Positions 17,660 to 26,952 of a DNA stretch of 49,635 nucleotides are shown one piece after another; position 1 is the stretch's first letter; each line of letters opens with the position of its first letter. Made by a program: the position numbers and the translations under genes. The DNA comes from an uncultured Candidatus Saccharibacteria bacterium (GTDB lineage: Bacteria; Patescibacteriota; Minisyncoccia; Minisyncoccales; CAYVNG01). The notes beneath the pieces were generated by a model that worked only from the letters and a program-made list of their open reading frames with translations, was not told where the DNA came from and ran no database searches. The stretch is taken from NCBI GenBank assembly GCA_964452875.1, contig CAYVNG010000003.1:1-49635 (forward strand), read 5' to 3'.

Positions 17660-18799
17660 CTATTTTTCGAAATATTTTTCAAGGCAGGTCTTGAAACTGT
17701 CCAAATTCTCCTTTTTGACCCTGAAGCCGGAAGCCTGGGCATGCCCTCCGTAGCTTTCAAGAAGGTTCTGGCAGGTTTCCATGGCTTTCACTCCGTCCAT
17801 GGCTGAAGGATTCCTTACGGCTCCCTGGCAGTCGTTTTTCCCTTCTCTATAAAGGAAAACCGGCATATTGTATTTTCTGCAGATTTTGGAGGCGACCGGT
17901 CCCAGCAAAACAAGAGGCCAGGCTCCGTCTCCTTCGAATACTATATCTCCTGAAGACTGCTTCAGCCTGAATTCGACTTCTTCAGTGATTTTTTTCACCT
18001 CTTCCTTCTTTTTTTTGAGCTTTTTTATCAAGAATTCTGCGAACTCATGGGCGTCATTTTTGGAAGCTGTGAGCAGGTCGTAAATCTGATTGGAATCCTT
18101 TCCCGTCTCCCCGGCGTTGAGGCTGGCGATCATTTTCTGCTGGAGCTCGATGACGTCGATGTTCTTGAAGTCAGTCAACTCAGCTAAGGCGAGCAGCCCT
18201 TCCCTTTTGGTGTACTTTAAAGCCTTGACGCCTTCCTCGACCATCTTTTCATTTTCGTCCAGCAAGGGCATCTGGTCGGCCAAAGTGGAAAGGGCAGCCA
18301 GCTCCAAATACTTTTCCGGACTCTTCCATTTCCCTTGCTTTGCAAGCAAGGCTTTGGCGATTTTGTATGAAAGCGCGGCTGCTGCCAGATCCTTGAAAGG
18401 ATACGGGTCGTCTTCCCGGTGGGGATCCACCACCAGTGAGGCCTCAGGGATTTTTCCCAATATCTTATGGTGGTCCACTATCAGAACCTCGAAACCGAGG
18501 GCTTTGGCGTCCTTAACCTCTTTAAAGTTGCCTATCCCGCAGTCGAAAACCAAAAAAAGGCCTGGAGCGTATTTCTTCAGTTCTGAAAGAGCCTTTTGGG
18601 TGATTCCGTACCCTTCCTTCTCCCTGTTCGGAAAATACACGGCCGATACCATTCCTCCCGCCTCTTCTATCGCTTCTTTGGCGATGATGACCGAGCTGAC
18701 GCCGTCCAAATCCGCATCCCCGTAAACGATTATGTTCTTATTTTCCTTTACTGCCTTCAGGATGATGTCAACGGCTTTGCTCAAATTTTTTATTTCCAT
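17660..18799 (-). CDS. DHH/DHHA1 phosphoesterase, short RecJ-like
   Basis: 379 aa, with motifs YGDADLDGVSS, DCGIG, IVDHH and GGHAQASGF. Confidence 0.78.
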   Translation of the reverse strand: MEIKNLSKAVDIILKAVKENKNIIVYGDADLDGVSSVIIAKEAIEEAGGMVSAVYFPNREKEGYGITQKALSELKKYAPGLFLVFDCGIGNFKEVKDAKALGFEVLIVDHHKILGKIPEASLVVDPHREDDPYPFKDLAAAALSYKIAKALLAKQGKWKSPEKYLELAALSTLADQMPLLDENEKMVEEGVKALKYTKREGLLALAELTDFKNIDVIELQQKMIASLNAGETGKDSNQIYDLLTASKNDAHEFAEFLIKKLKKKKEEVKKITEEVEFRLKQSSGDIVFEGDGAWPLVLLGPVASKICRKYNMPVFLYREGKNDCQGAVRNPSAMDGVKAMETCQNLLESYGGHAQASGFRVKKENLDSFKTCLEKYFEK

Positions 18800-18819
18800 G
18801 ATGAAAGAGCTTCTTTCCT

Positions 18820-19986
18820 TTAAGACAAAGCCTCGATGCCGGGAAGTCTCCCTTCGGAAATGAATTCCAGCATCGCCCCTCCTCCGGTGGAAACATGGTC
18901 GAATCTTTCACGGAAGCCGTATTCGGTCAGAAAAGCGACGGTGTCTCCCCCTCCGGCGACCTTCAAGGCTTCCTTGTTCCTGACAATGGCTTCGGCGATC
19001 GCCCTGCTGCTGTTGGCAAAAGGTTTCTTTTCAAAATATCCCATCGGCCCGGACCAGATGACGGTCTTGGCCTCTTTGATGAGGTTGGAATAGAGTTCGG
19101 AAGTCTCCGGCCCTATGTCAAAAATATCCTCCTCGCTCCTGACAGAGCCGGAAGCGGTCTTCCTCATGTATTCGTCTTCGTCCCTGGAAAAAGAGACCAC
19201 GGCGTCCACCGGAAGATGGATTTTAGGATCAGTGATATCTATCTTCTCAACCGCTTCAACGATCTCTTCCAGCGGCCATGGTTTGCCGACCATGATTCCT
19301 TTGACCTGAAGTATGGGCTCGAATATCCTCCCGCCGAAAAGAACATGGTCGGCCGTTTCCAGCAGTTTTTCGATCGCCTTTATCTTAGTTGATATCTTCA
19401 CCCCTCCGATCAGAGCCACCAAGGGCCTCTTCGGATTCTGCATAACTTTGGAAAGGACTTCCATTTCCTTTTCAAGCAGCAATCCGGCTGCCGAAGGCAA
19501 ATATTTGGGAATTCCGACGATGGAAGCGTGATATCTGTGCGAAGCTCCGAAAGCGTCATTGACGTATATATCGGCCAATGAAGCCAGTTTTTTGGCGAAC
19601 TCCTCGTCATTGGTCACTTCTTCATTATGAAACCTCAGATTTTCCAAAAGAAGGACCTGGCCTGGCTTCAGTTCCTTTGCCATGTTCTCTGCGTCCTTGC
19701 CGAGACAATCCTTGGCCATGGCCACTTCTATTTTCAAAAGTTCTGAAAGCCTTTTTGCCACGGGCCCGAGCTTCATATCCTTTTTCCTGATTCCTTTGGG
19801 ATCTCCCAAATGGCTCATTAAAATAACGGCAGAACCGCCGGATAAAAGGTGATTTATGGTCGGGAGGGTCTGGCGGATCCTGTAATCGTCCTTGATTTCG
19901 AGATGTTCTGAAAGAGGGACGTTGAAATCGCACCTGACCAGGACTTTTTTCCCTTTTACGTCTATATCCTTAATGGTTTTCATCAA
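18820..19986 (-). CDS. pgk: phosphoglycerate kinase
   Basis: 388 aa, with motifs VRCDFNVPL, SHLGDPKG and a C-terminal GGGAMLEF. Confidence 0.95.
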   Translation of the reverse strand: MMKTIKDIDVKGKKVLVRCDFNVPLSEHLEIKDDYRIRQTLPTINHLLSGGSAVILMSHLGDPKGIRKKDMKLGPVAKRLSELLKIEVAMAKDCLGKDAENMAKELKPGQVLLLENLRFHNEEVTNDEEFAKKLASLADIYVNDAFGASHRYHASIVGIPKYLPSAAGLLLEKEMEVLSKVMQNPKRPLVALIGGVKISTKIKAIEKLLETADHVLFGGRIFEPILQVKGIMVGKPWPLEEIVEAVEKIDITDPKIHLPVDAVVSFSRDEDEYMRKTASGSVRSEEDIFDIGPETSELYSNLIKEAKTVIWSGPMGYFEKKPFANSSRAIAEAIVRNKEALKVAGGGDTVAFLTEYGFRERFDHVSTGGGAMLEFISEGRLPGIEALS

Positions 19987-20035
19987 TGAAGCGGCGCATC
20001 TCTGAAGAGAACGACTCTTCTGGAACGCGAAGATT

Positions 20036-21751
20036 TTAGAATTTTACGCTGTCTCCCGGTTTCAATATCCCTTTTTTTGCGTCGTCTGAGACATCCTTCC
20101 CTTGCAGATCCTGCTCTTTTGTTTTCCTGCCCAGGGATTCTGCTATTATCTCTTTCAGCCCTTTTCTGTCCACTTCCTTTCTCGCCCTTTTCTTTTCTTC
20201 CTCTTCTCTTTTGGCCGGGTTGAACGGGACATGCCCGTTTCTGATGGCTTCTTCCAAGGAAGATGCTTTCTGCTGGTCTGGCGCTTTTTCTTCTCTCTTT
20301 TCTTCTTCCCCGTTCTGCTTTTTCATCTTTTTCAGGCAGCTCTTGCAGTAAGTGGGCCTTTTCCCGTCAGGCGGAAAGATCACTTTCGTATCCTTCCCGC
20401 ATTTCACGCATTTGGCGTCATAAAGAACGGTACCGAAACCCTGATTAAAAGAAGGCTTTTCAGCGCCTGAATTGATGGCCTGGGCCCATTTGGATATTTT
20501 CTCTTCCACTATGGTCCTCGGCGTTCCGTATCTTTCCCTGGAAACTTTGATGATCTTTTCGGGATTGGAATCCTTATTCACCGGGAAAGGCGGCAGGGTT
20601 TCAGCTGAAAACGGGCGTCCGGCTATGCCGTCTATCATGAGCTTCACATAAACGTTGTATTTTCCAAGATTCACCAGATCCTGGGCGATGAAGTCCGGGA
20701 TGAACTCCCTTTCAAGGAATTCCGCATCCTCGGCCCCGACCCGGAAAGAGACCAGCGTGCCGATGTTGCCGAAAACGGCATCTCTTACCGTCTCGTCCAT
20801 CTGGGTTATATACTGGTGGCCAAGGATCAAGTCGAGCCTGTATTTCCTCGCTTCAGACAACACGTTGACGAAACTTTCGGTGGCGAAGTTTTGGAATTCG
20901 TCGACATAAAGGAAAAAGTCCTTCCTTTCTTCTTCAGGAGTGTCCACTCTCTGCATGGCGGCCAGCTGAAGCTTGGTTATAAGCAAGGCTCCCAAAAGCC
21001 TGGAACTGTCCTCCCCTATCCTTCCTTTGGAAAGGTTGGCGATCAGAATCTTCTCCTCGTCCATCACTTTCCTCATATCAATGGCTGTTTTCACCTGGCC
21101 GATAATGTTCCTTATCAGCGGGGCGGAAATGAACTGCCCTATCTTGTTCTGGATGGCCGCCGTGGCCTCGACCTCGTATCTCTGATTGTACCTGGCGAAC
21201 TCCTGGGTCCAGAACGCTTTCACTACCGGATCGGTCACCTTGTCCACTATCTTTTTCCTGTAATCGGCGTCTGCCATCATTCTGTTCACTCCGAGCAAGG
21301 TCGTGCCTTCGCACTCAAGCAGGGCCAGAATGCAGTTGTTCAAGATGTATTCCATCCTGGCAGACCAGACGTCAGGCCATATCTTCTTGAAAACGCCCAT
21401 AAGGCCGCCTGCCACCAAATGCCTGTGCTCTTCCCCCACTCTTTCCATGATGTTGAAAGCGATGGGATAATCCCTGTCCGCCGGATTGAAATAGACGACG
21501 TCGTTCACCCTGCTCTGGGGAACGTGCTCCAAAAGCTCCTCTGCCGCTTCCCCGTGGGGATCGACGAACCCTATTCCCTTGCCGTTCTGGATGTCCTGGA
21601 TGGCCATGTTCTTTAGGGCGACGGTCTTGCCCATGCCGGTTTTGCCGATCAGATACATATGGCGCCTCCTGTCGTCGGGCTTGATCCCGAACTTCTTGCG
21701 CTGGTTGCGGAAGGTCGTCACCCCGAAAAAATTAATGTCTTTGTTTTCCAT
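20036..21751 (-). CDS. type IV coupling protein (VirD4/TraD/TraG)-like ATPase with a C-terminal CxxC-x17-CxxC zinc ribbon
   Basis: 571 aa. It has Walker A GKTGMGKT, Walker B FFLYVDEFQNF and ARKYRLDLILGHQY. A K/E-rich tail contains CVKCGKDTKVIFPPDGKRPTYCKSC. Confidence 0.78.
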   Translation of the reverse strand: MENKDINFFGVTTFRNQRKKFGIKPDDRRRHMYLIGKTGMGKTVALKNMAIQDIQNGKGIGFVDPHGEAAEELLEHVPQSRVNDVVYFNPADRDYPIAFNIMERVGEEHRHLVAGGLMGVFKKIWPDVWSARMEYILNNCILALLECEGTTLLGVNRMMADADYRKKIVDKVTDPVVKAFWTQEFARYNQRYEVEATAAIQNKIGQFISAPLIRNIIGQVKTAIDMRKVMDEEKILIANLSKGRIGEDSSRLLGALLITKLQLAAMQRVDTPEEERKDFFLYVDEFQNFATESFVNVLSEARKYRLDLILGHQYITQMDETVRDAVFGNIGTLVSFRVGAEDAEFLEREFIPDFIAQDLVNLGKYNVYVKLMIDGIAGRPFSAETLPPFPVNKDSNPEKIIKVSRERYGTPRTIVEEKISKWAQAINSGAEKPSFNQGFGTVLYDAKCVKCGKDTKVIFPPDGKRPTYCKSCLKKMKKQNGEEEKREEKAPDQQKASSLEEAIRNGHVPFNPAKREEEEKKRARKEVDRKGLKEIIAESLGRKTKEQDLQGKDVSDDAKKGILKPGDSVKF

Positions 21752-21755
21752 ATCT

Positions 21756-23042
21756 TTATTCTATAGGAAGAGTGGACGGGGCGTCCCCTTTTTTGGCTTC
21801 CACCCTCTGAACCGAAGGGGCGGGGGCGGATATCTGGCCCGGGAAATGGAAAATCGTGGCCATCTCCTCGTTGCTTAGAATGAAAGGCCCTTTCAGTTTC
21901 GGCCAGAAAGGAGAAAATCTTTTGATATAATTCCTGAATAGGCGCCTTTTCCTCAGATACAGCCTTCTCTGTATAAAAAGGTTCATGGGCAGAAACCATT
22001 TCTTTTTTATTTTGGTGATGGTTTCCGGCCAGGGTTTGAATCCGTTGAGGTTGGCCGTGTCGAACTGGGCGAAAAACGCGAAAGCGGACTTGATCTGTGG
22101 TTTGAAGAAAACGTCTTTTTCGCCTAAATATATGAATCTCATCACTGTTTCAAAGACGTAGGCTCCTATCTTGTTCTCCACCGAGGAAACGATTTCCCTT
22201 TCTCCTGGAGAGAGTTGAAGCTCGGCCAAGCGAAAAGTAGTTTCTTCTTTCTTTTTTTCCTGGAGGCCGAATACCAGGTCCTCGGTCGCTTCTTGGACGA
22301 TCGACTTGGGTTTCTCTTCCTTCTCCCTGGAAAGCATTTTGCCGACAAGATCCTTGCCCCGGTCGACATAATTATTCTCCACGTTGGTGACGGGAAAAGC
22401 GATTATCTGTATCCACATCTGCTCCCCTGGTCCAAGCCTGCCCAGCCCCTCAAAAAGGGTGGCCATGGGATCTATTCTCTTTTCCTCTTTGGGTTCGGTC
22501 TTTTCTTCGAAAAATTTGGCGTAAGTCCTTATGGGATAGATGTCGTCCCTTAAAAGCTTTATGTTCGCCCCCCACATGTCCCATTCCTTGTTGGGCATGT
22601 CGCGGGGGACATTCTTTACATAATCGTCGACAATTGATATTTCGGCGTCCGGATATTCAGCGTATATGCATGATTCTATAGTATTTCTCAGCACATTCAC
22701 GGTCCTAAGGTATAAATGCACCTCTCCTCCCAAGCTCACGATTTCGAAAGAAACAGAAATTTGCGTCTTTCCTTCAATCCATTTTTCCCACCAGTCAGGC
22801 GGGTCGAACACGCCTCCCCAGATGCTGGCCATGACCTGTTCCATCGCCTTCAAGGGCTTTAATACGTCCCTGGGTATCTTGACTTCGAGTATTATTGCTT
22901 TCTGCTGGGCGTTCCACATCTCCTTCCTCCACCAGAGCCACAGAAACAAAAAAGGGCGCCAAAGAACAAAGGGCAGGATGACCCACCACCAGTTCCTGAT
23001 TGCGGCCCAGATTGTGTTAAGGATTATGTATGCCTCTTCCAT
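21756..23042 (-). CDS. membrane-anchored partner protein of the T4CP-like ATPase, unknown family
   Basis: Start trimmed to MEEAYIILN (ATG 23040-23042, 2 nt after the upstream TAA). It has a Trp-rich N-terminal TM hairpin (IRNWWWVILPFVLWRPFLFLWLWW). The stop lies 4 nt before the ATPase start. Confidence 0.55.
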   Translation of the reverse strand: MEEAYIILNTIWAAIRNWWWVILPFVLWRPFLFLWLWWRKEMWNAQQKAIILEVKIPRDVLKPLKAMEQVMASIWGGVFDPPDWWEKWIEGKTQISVSFEIVSLGGEVHLYLRTVNVLRNTIESCIYAEYPDAEISIVDDYVKNVPRDMPNKEWDMWGANIKLLRDDIYPIRTYAKFFEEKTEPKEEKRIDPMATLFEGLGRLGPGEQMWIQIIAFPVTNVENNYVDRGKDLVGKMLSREKEEKPKSIVQEATEDLVFGLQEKKKEETTFRLAELQLSPGEREIVSSVENKIGAYVFETVMRFIYLGEKDVFFKPQIKSAFAFFAQFDTANLNGFKPWPETITKIKKKWFLPMNLFIQRRLYLRKRRLFRNYIKRFSPFWPKLKGPFILSNEEMATIFHFPGQISAPAPSVQRVEAKKGDAPSTLPIE

Positions 23043-23044
23043 TA

Positions 23045-24073
23045 TTAAGCCTCTCTCAGTCTGTACCTCCCTTGAGAGTCCCTGAAAAAATGGCTCCTGT
23101 CGTTCAAGTTCAGGAGAATGGTGTTTTCCTTGACCATCCTCTGCTGAGAGACCCTCCTTATTATTTCGCCTTTGTTCAAAGGCTTGGCTGACGTCTTCAA
23201 AACTTCGCTTATAACTTCCTTGACCACTCCGGGTTTGTACCCCCATTCAGCCAAGGCATAAGTGCCCCTGCCTATAAGGACGAACTTGTCGTCTTTTATA
23301 AGCTCGTTGTGCACTGTCTGGATGTTCGGATAAATCACCTTTCCTTCAGTGAACCTCTCTCCGACCAGCCTCGCTATTTCGCTGAAATGGAGTGGATTAT
23401 GCTCCTGTTTTAAGACAATATAGGCTTTGTCCTTGACCCATTTGGGGATGATTTCCGGCCATTTCAGGAATCCGCATTTCCCCTCCCTGTTCTGCCCCAC
23501 CTTCTTGGATATCTCAATCCAGGAAGTCAGGGATATGCAAGACACCCCTTTGGCGCCGGATTTTTTTTCAGTCAGATATTCCTCGATGGACACCGGGATT
23601 TTTTTCTTCGTAAGGTAGTTTGAAAAGTCTGCTATCTCTTTTTTGGCCGACTGGGCTGATTTCTCATCCAACGCCCAAAAAGGATATAAAGAATTGGTTT
23701 CCTTGTATTTCTTGATCCCTGAGACTAGGTTCAACAGGAAAATAATGCGGTTCTTGTCTTCTTCCTCTCCCAGTTCCTTCACCAGGGTTTCTTCCTTTCT
23801 CGCCCCGCCGCTGCTTTTTATCGCTTCTTTGAAATATTCGGATAGAAGCGGGTATTTTAAAGAAAGCGCTTCCCTGAATCCTTTTAATGCGTCTTCTTCT
23901 ATCTGGCGCACCCTTTCTCGGGTGAGCCCATATTCTTCGCCTATCGCTTCTAAGGTGCTTTTCTTTCCGTTAAAAGAAATCAGCCCGAATCTTTTGCTGA
24001 TAATGTCCCTGGAACGGGACGAAGATTCTTTCAGAAGATTTTCAATGACGTTTTTGTATTCAAAATTGGCCAT
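23045..24073 (-). CDS. DNA-binding protein with a sigma-70 region-4-like HTH plus HARE-HTH-like C-terminal modules
   Basis: The N-terminus reads RDIISKRFGL...STLEAIGEEYGLTRERVRQIEEDALKGFR. The C-terminal modules read PLHFSEIARLV...FVLIGRGTYALAEWGY and PLNKGEIIRRV...DSQGRYRLR. Confidence 0.65.
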   Translation of the reverse strand: MANFEYKNVIENLLKESSSRSRDIISKRFGLISFNGKKSTLEAIGEEYGLTRERVRQIEEDALKGFREALSLKYPLLSEYFKEAIKSSGGARKEETLVKELGEEEDKNRIIFLLNLVSGIKKYKETNSLYPFWALDEKSAQSAKKEIADFSNYLTKKKIPVSIEEYLTEKKSGAKGVSCISLTSWIEISKKVGQNREGKCGFLKWPEIIPKWVKDKAYIVLKQEHNPLHFSEIARLVGERFTEGKVIYPNIQTVHNELIKDDKFVLIGRGTYALAEWGYKPGVVKEVISEVLKTSAKPLNKGEIIRRVSQQRMVKENTILLNLNDRSHFFRDSQGRYRLREA

Positions 24074-24093
24074 GTTTTTATTGCCGTTCTATT

Positions 24094-24122
24094 TTTATAT
24101 CATTTTAGACAAAATCTGTCAA
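24094..24122 (-). promoter_or_regulatory. promoter TTGACA-17-TATAAA for the HTH/T4CP operon
   Basis: -35 at 24117-24122 and -10 at 24094-24099, with 20 nt to the ATG and no SD. Confidence 0.5.
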
Positions 24123-24201
24123 TATTTCTTCCTCGACGAGTATCCCCTCAACACAAGTATAAAATCAATGCTTTATCTTAATACTTGTTGCAATGGAATA
24201 T

Positions 24202-25089
24202 TTATCTCTTCTTCATCCAGCTGACCAGCATCAAAGGGGCTAAAAGCAAGGAAGAATAAGTGCCAGCGATAAGGCCGACTATCATGGCCAGGGAAAAGTA
24301 CCTCAAGGTCTCCCCTCCGAAAAAGAATATGGCGAACAGCACCAAAAGAGTGGTCAAGGAAGTGTTCATTGACCTGCTGAAGCTCTGATTGATGGAATTG
24401 TTCACCACCTCCTCGAAAGAAGACCTCCTGTCTTTAATGAGGTTTTCTCGTATCCTGTCGAACACCACCACGGTGTTATTGATGGAATACCCCAGCACGG
24501 TCAAAAGGGCGGTGACGACCGGAATGGTTATCTGAGCCACGTTGAGGTGGCCTAAATATGCAAAAAATCCCAAAGGTATGAATATGTCGTGGCCGAGAGC
24601 GAGAATTGAAGCCAATCCGTATTCCCATGAAGGCAAAGGCTTTTTCGAAATTCCCTTGAAAGCCAAGGTTATGTATAAAAGTATTCCGAAAACGGCTAAA
24701 ACAGCCATCAGACTGGTTTTTTCCTTCAGTTCCTTACCGACCAGCGGACCTACCGATTCGAACCTCAATTCTTCAATATCGGACAAACTCTCGATTTTTT
24801 CCAATACCGATTGATGAAGCTCCTCTGAGATATTCTTCATCCTTATTATGTGCCTGTCTTCTTCTGCGGTCTGAACCGTAACCTGGCCGAGGTCGATTCC
24901 AGACAAGGCGTTTTTCACTTCCTCAATGGAAGGCCTCTCTCCTGAATACTGAACCTCCATTATGCTTCCCCCGACAAAATCGATGCCGGGTTCAAGCCCG
25001 AACATCACAAGGCAGACAAAAGCGGCCGAGATTATGATCCCTGAGATAACAAAATATATTTTTCTGTACTTGGCAAAAGGCAAAGACAT
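24202..25089 (-). CDS. secF: protein translocase subunit SecF
   Basis: 295 aa, six TM helices, SecD/SecF family C-terminal signature. Confidence 0.9.
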   Translation of the reverse strand: MSLPFAKYRKIYFVISGIIISAAFVCLVMFGLEPGIDFVGGSIMEVQYSGERPSIEEVKNALSGIDLGQVTVQTAEEDRHIIRMKNISEELHQSVLEKIESLSDIEELRFESVGPLVGKELKEKTSLMAVLAVFGILLYITLAFKGISKKPLPSWEYGLASILALGHDIFIPLGFFAYLGHLNVAQITIPVVTALLTVLGYSINNTVVVFDRIRENLIKDRRSSFEEVVNNSINQSFSRSMNTSLTTLLVLFAIFFFGGETLRYFSLAMIVGLIAGTYSSLLLAPLMLVSWMKKR

Positions 25090-25093
25090 ATTT

Positions 25094-26443
25094 TTATTTC
25101 CAAAGCCACTTTATTTTTTCAAGCTTCGTCCCTTCAAAGCACCTCAAAAAATTGTGGGTGACGAAAATGGCAGAGAACATGCTCACCAGTATCCCGATGA
25201 TCAAGGTCAGGGAAAACCCTTTAACAAAGCTCGTTCCGAAAAAGAAAAGCACGAAAGCGACCAAAAGAGTGGTCAGATTTCCGTCGCGGATGGAAGGCCA
25301 GGCCCTCTTGAACCCTTCCTGGATCGACAGAGGAAAGCTTTTTCCGCTTCCCAATTCCTCCCTCATCCTGGCGAATATGAGGACGTTGGCGTCAACGGCA
25401 ATTCCTATAGAAAGTATCATCCCTCCGATGCCGGCCAGCGTCATGGTTACCGGTATTATCTTGAACAAGCCCAGGATCAAGACTATGTACACGACAAGCG
25501 CCAGAGAAGCTAAAAGCCCGGCAAACCTGTAGAAAAAGACCATAAACAGGGCGACGGCGACCAAGCCAAGCAACCCGGCCTGAAGAGATTTTTCCAGGGA
25601 AATTTTCCCCAAAGTGGGGCCGACGGTCTGCTCGGAAACCAAGCTTATGGGGACAGGAAGGGCTCCGGCATTCAGGTTTCTGGCCAGCTCCTTGGCCTCT
25701 TCTATGGTGAAGCTTCCGGTTATCAAAGCGTTCCCTCCTGAAATCTTCCCCTCGACCACCGGGCTGGAAATCAATATGCCGTCGATGTAAATCGCAAGTA
25801 TCTTGCCTGTGTTTTTCTCTGTAATCTGCTCGAAAAGATCCGCTCCTGAGTCGGTGAATTTGAGGGAGACGGAAGGCTGATAAGTGGTGGAATCGAAATC
25901 TATCTCCGCCTTCTTGAGATACTGCCCGGTCAGGTCGGTGTCCTGAAAAGGATCGGTAATCTCCCCTTCCCCTCCTTCCAGGATTTCCTGGTTCTTTTCC
26001 AAAATATCTTCGAAATCTTCTTTCTGCTCCCTGAACTGCAAGAACGGGGTTTTCCCTATCTCCTCTATCGCCTGGCTTGGGTCAATTACTCCGGCCAGTT
26101 CGACGATAAGCCTGTAGCGGTCGCCGTTCTGTTCTGTCTGGACAACAGGCTCGTCAACCCCGAAAAAATTGACCCTTCTTTCAATAACGTCCCTCAGCCC
26201 TTCCATGGAAGAAGATTTGTCAGCTTCCTCCACGCCGGACAAGTCAGCTTCGTATACCAAATGGACTCCTCCCTGGAGGTCCAGACCGAGTTTGAAAGGA
26301 ACTTCCGAAAATTTCGGAAGCCACAAGCCTGTCTTCTCTTTAACAAAATCTGAAGCTTGATTGAAATACTGGGGAAAAGCGAAATTCCCGGCAAAAAAAG
26401 CCAGGACTAAAATCAGAAATGCGATGATGCGAGGTTTTTTCAT
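25094..26443 (-). CDS. secD: protein translocase subunit SecD
   Basis: 449 aa. It has a periplasmic P1-like domain followed by the SecD_SecF TM bundle (GLDLQGG motif). Confidence 0.9.
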   Translation of the reverse strand: MKKPRIIAFLILVLAFFAGNFAFPQYFNQASDFVKEKTGLWLPKFSEVPFKLGLDLQGGVHLVYEADLSGVEEADKSSSMEGLRDVIERRVNFFGVDEPVVQTEQNGDRYRLIVELAGVIDPSQAIEEIGKTPFLQFREQKEDFEDILEKNQEILEGGEGEITDPFQDTDLTGQYLKKAEIDFDSTTYQPSVSLKFTDSGADLFEQITEKNTGKILAIYIDGILISSPVVEGKISGGNALITGSFTIEEAKELARNLNAGALPVPISLVSEQTVGPTLGKISLEKSLQAGLLGLVAVALFMVFFYRFAGLLASLALVVYIVLILGLFKIIPVTMTLAGIGGMILSIGIAVDANVLIFARMREELGSGKSFPLSIQEGFKRAWPSIRDGNLTTLLVAFVLFFFGTSFVKGFSLTLIIGILVSMFSAIFVTHNFLRCFEGTKLEKIKWLWK

Positions 26444-26454
26444 AGACGTCTTTA

Positions 26455-26483
26455 AGTATAAGACTAAAGATTCCTTTTGTCAA
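26455..26483 (-). promoter_or_regulatory. promoter TTGACA-17-TATACT for secDF
   Basis: -35 at 26478-26483 and -10 at 26455-26460. Only 11 nt separate the -10 from ATG 26443, and there is no SD. Confidence 0.5.
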
Positions 26484-26555
26484 TAAAATACCGTCTTCTC
26501 AAATTAGAAATGACGGATTTGACTGAAAAAAATGGCTTGATATTATGAAAGCGGG

Positions 26556-26631
26556 ATGGGAGACTGATGCAGCCGTAAAGCGCCATGGAGGACACCCTCC
26601 AATCCGGCCAGGAAGACTGCTTCTCTCCCAT
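26556..26631 (-). ncRNA. candidate structured RNA, a 76-nt symmetric hairpin of unknown class (strand uncertain)
   Basis: Outer stem AUGGGAGA/UCUCCCAU, then GCAG/CUGC, then an apical GGAGG-GUGU-CCUCC. It sits between a terminator-like hairpin (26641-26665) and the secD promoter. Confidence 0.3.
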
Positions 26632-26684
26632 CTCGTTAAAGGGCCTCCTATTTCAAGGGAGGCCCAGTTTCTTTTAAAGGACAA

Positions 26685-26951
26685 TCATTCCAGAGAAATG
26701 ATCTGAATCCCCTTTTCCTTTATCTCTGCTTCCGGCCAGAAAAGATCTTCAATCTTGAACTTTTTGACATATGTCACTTTCTTCTCGATCTTCCTTCCGG
26801 TATATTCTTTTTTCCCAGGATCCCATTCTTCAAGCACCAATATATCGCCCTCTCCTATTTCAAAGTCGTTGAGCCTGAGCTCGCATTTTTTCCTCCCTGA
26901 AGCCACTGCTTCGAAGTATTCCGGCCAGATTTTTTTCTTTATTGTCGCCAT
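26685..26951 (-). CDS. ASCH-like DUF3850 domain protein
   Basis: Start trimmed to MATIKKKIWPEYFEAVASGRKKCELRLNDFEIGEGDILVLEEW (88 aa). The ATG lies 1 nt after the secA TGA. Confidence 0.65.
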   Translation of the reverse strand: MATIKKKIWPEYFEAVASGRKKCELRLNDFEIGEGDILVLEEWDPGKKEYTGRKIEKKVTYVKKFKIEDLFWPEAEIKEKGIQIISLE

Positions 26952-26952
26952 G

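Noticed and set aside
21756-23246. N-terminal extensions given by the ORF track (21756..23246, 26685..27083, 35766..37109, 44290..45270, 34766..35728, 2336..3070, secA TTG 29409)
   Set aside because: Each extension overlaps the upstream gene end, a terminator or a promoter. Internal ATGs give the tight 1-5 nt or ATGA junctions typical of this locus and match family N-termini.
26556-26631. SRP (4.5S) RNA identity for the hairpin next to secD
   Set aside because: The conserved GGAA tetraloop and the GUCAGGUCC / GGAAGCAGC arrangement are not present in the right order on either strand. There is only a loose resemblance.
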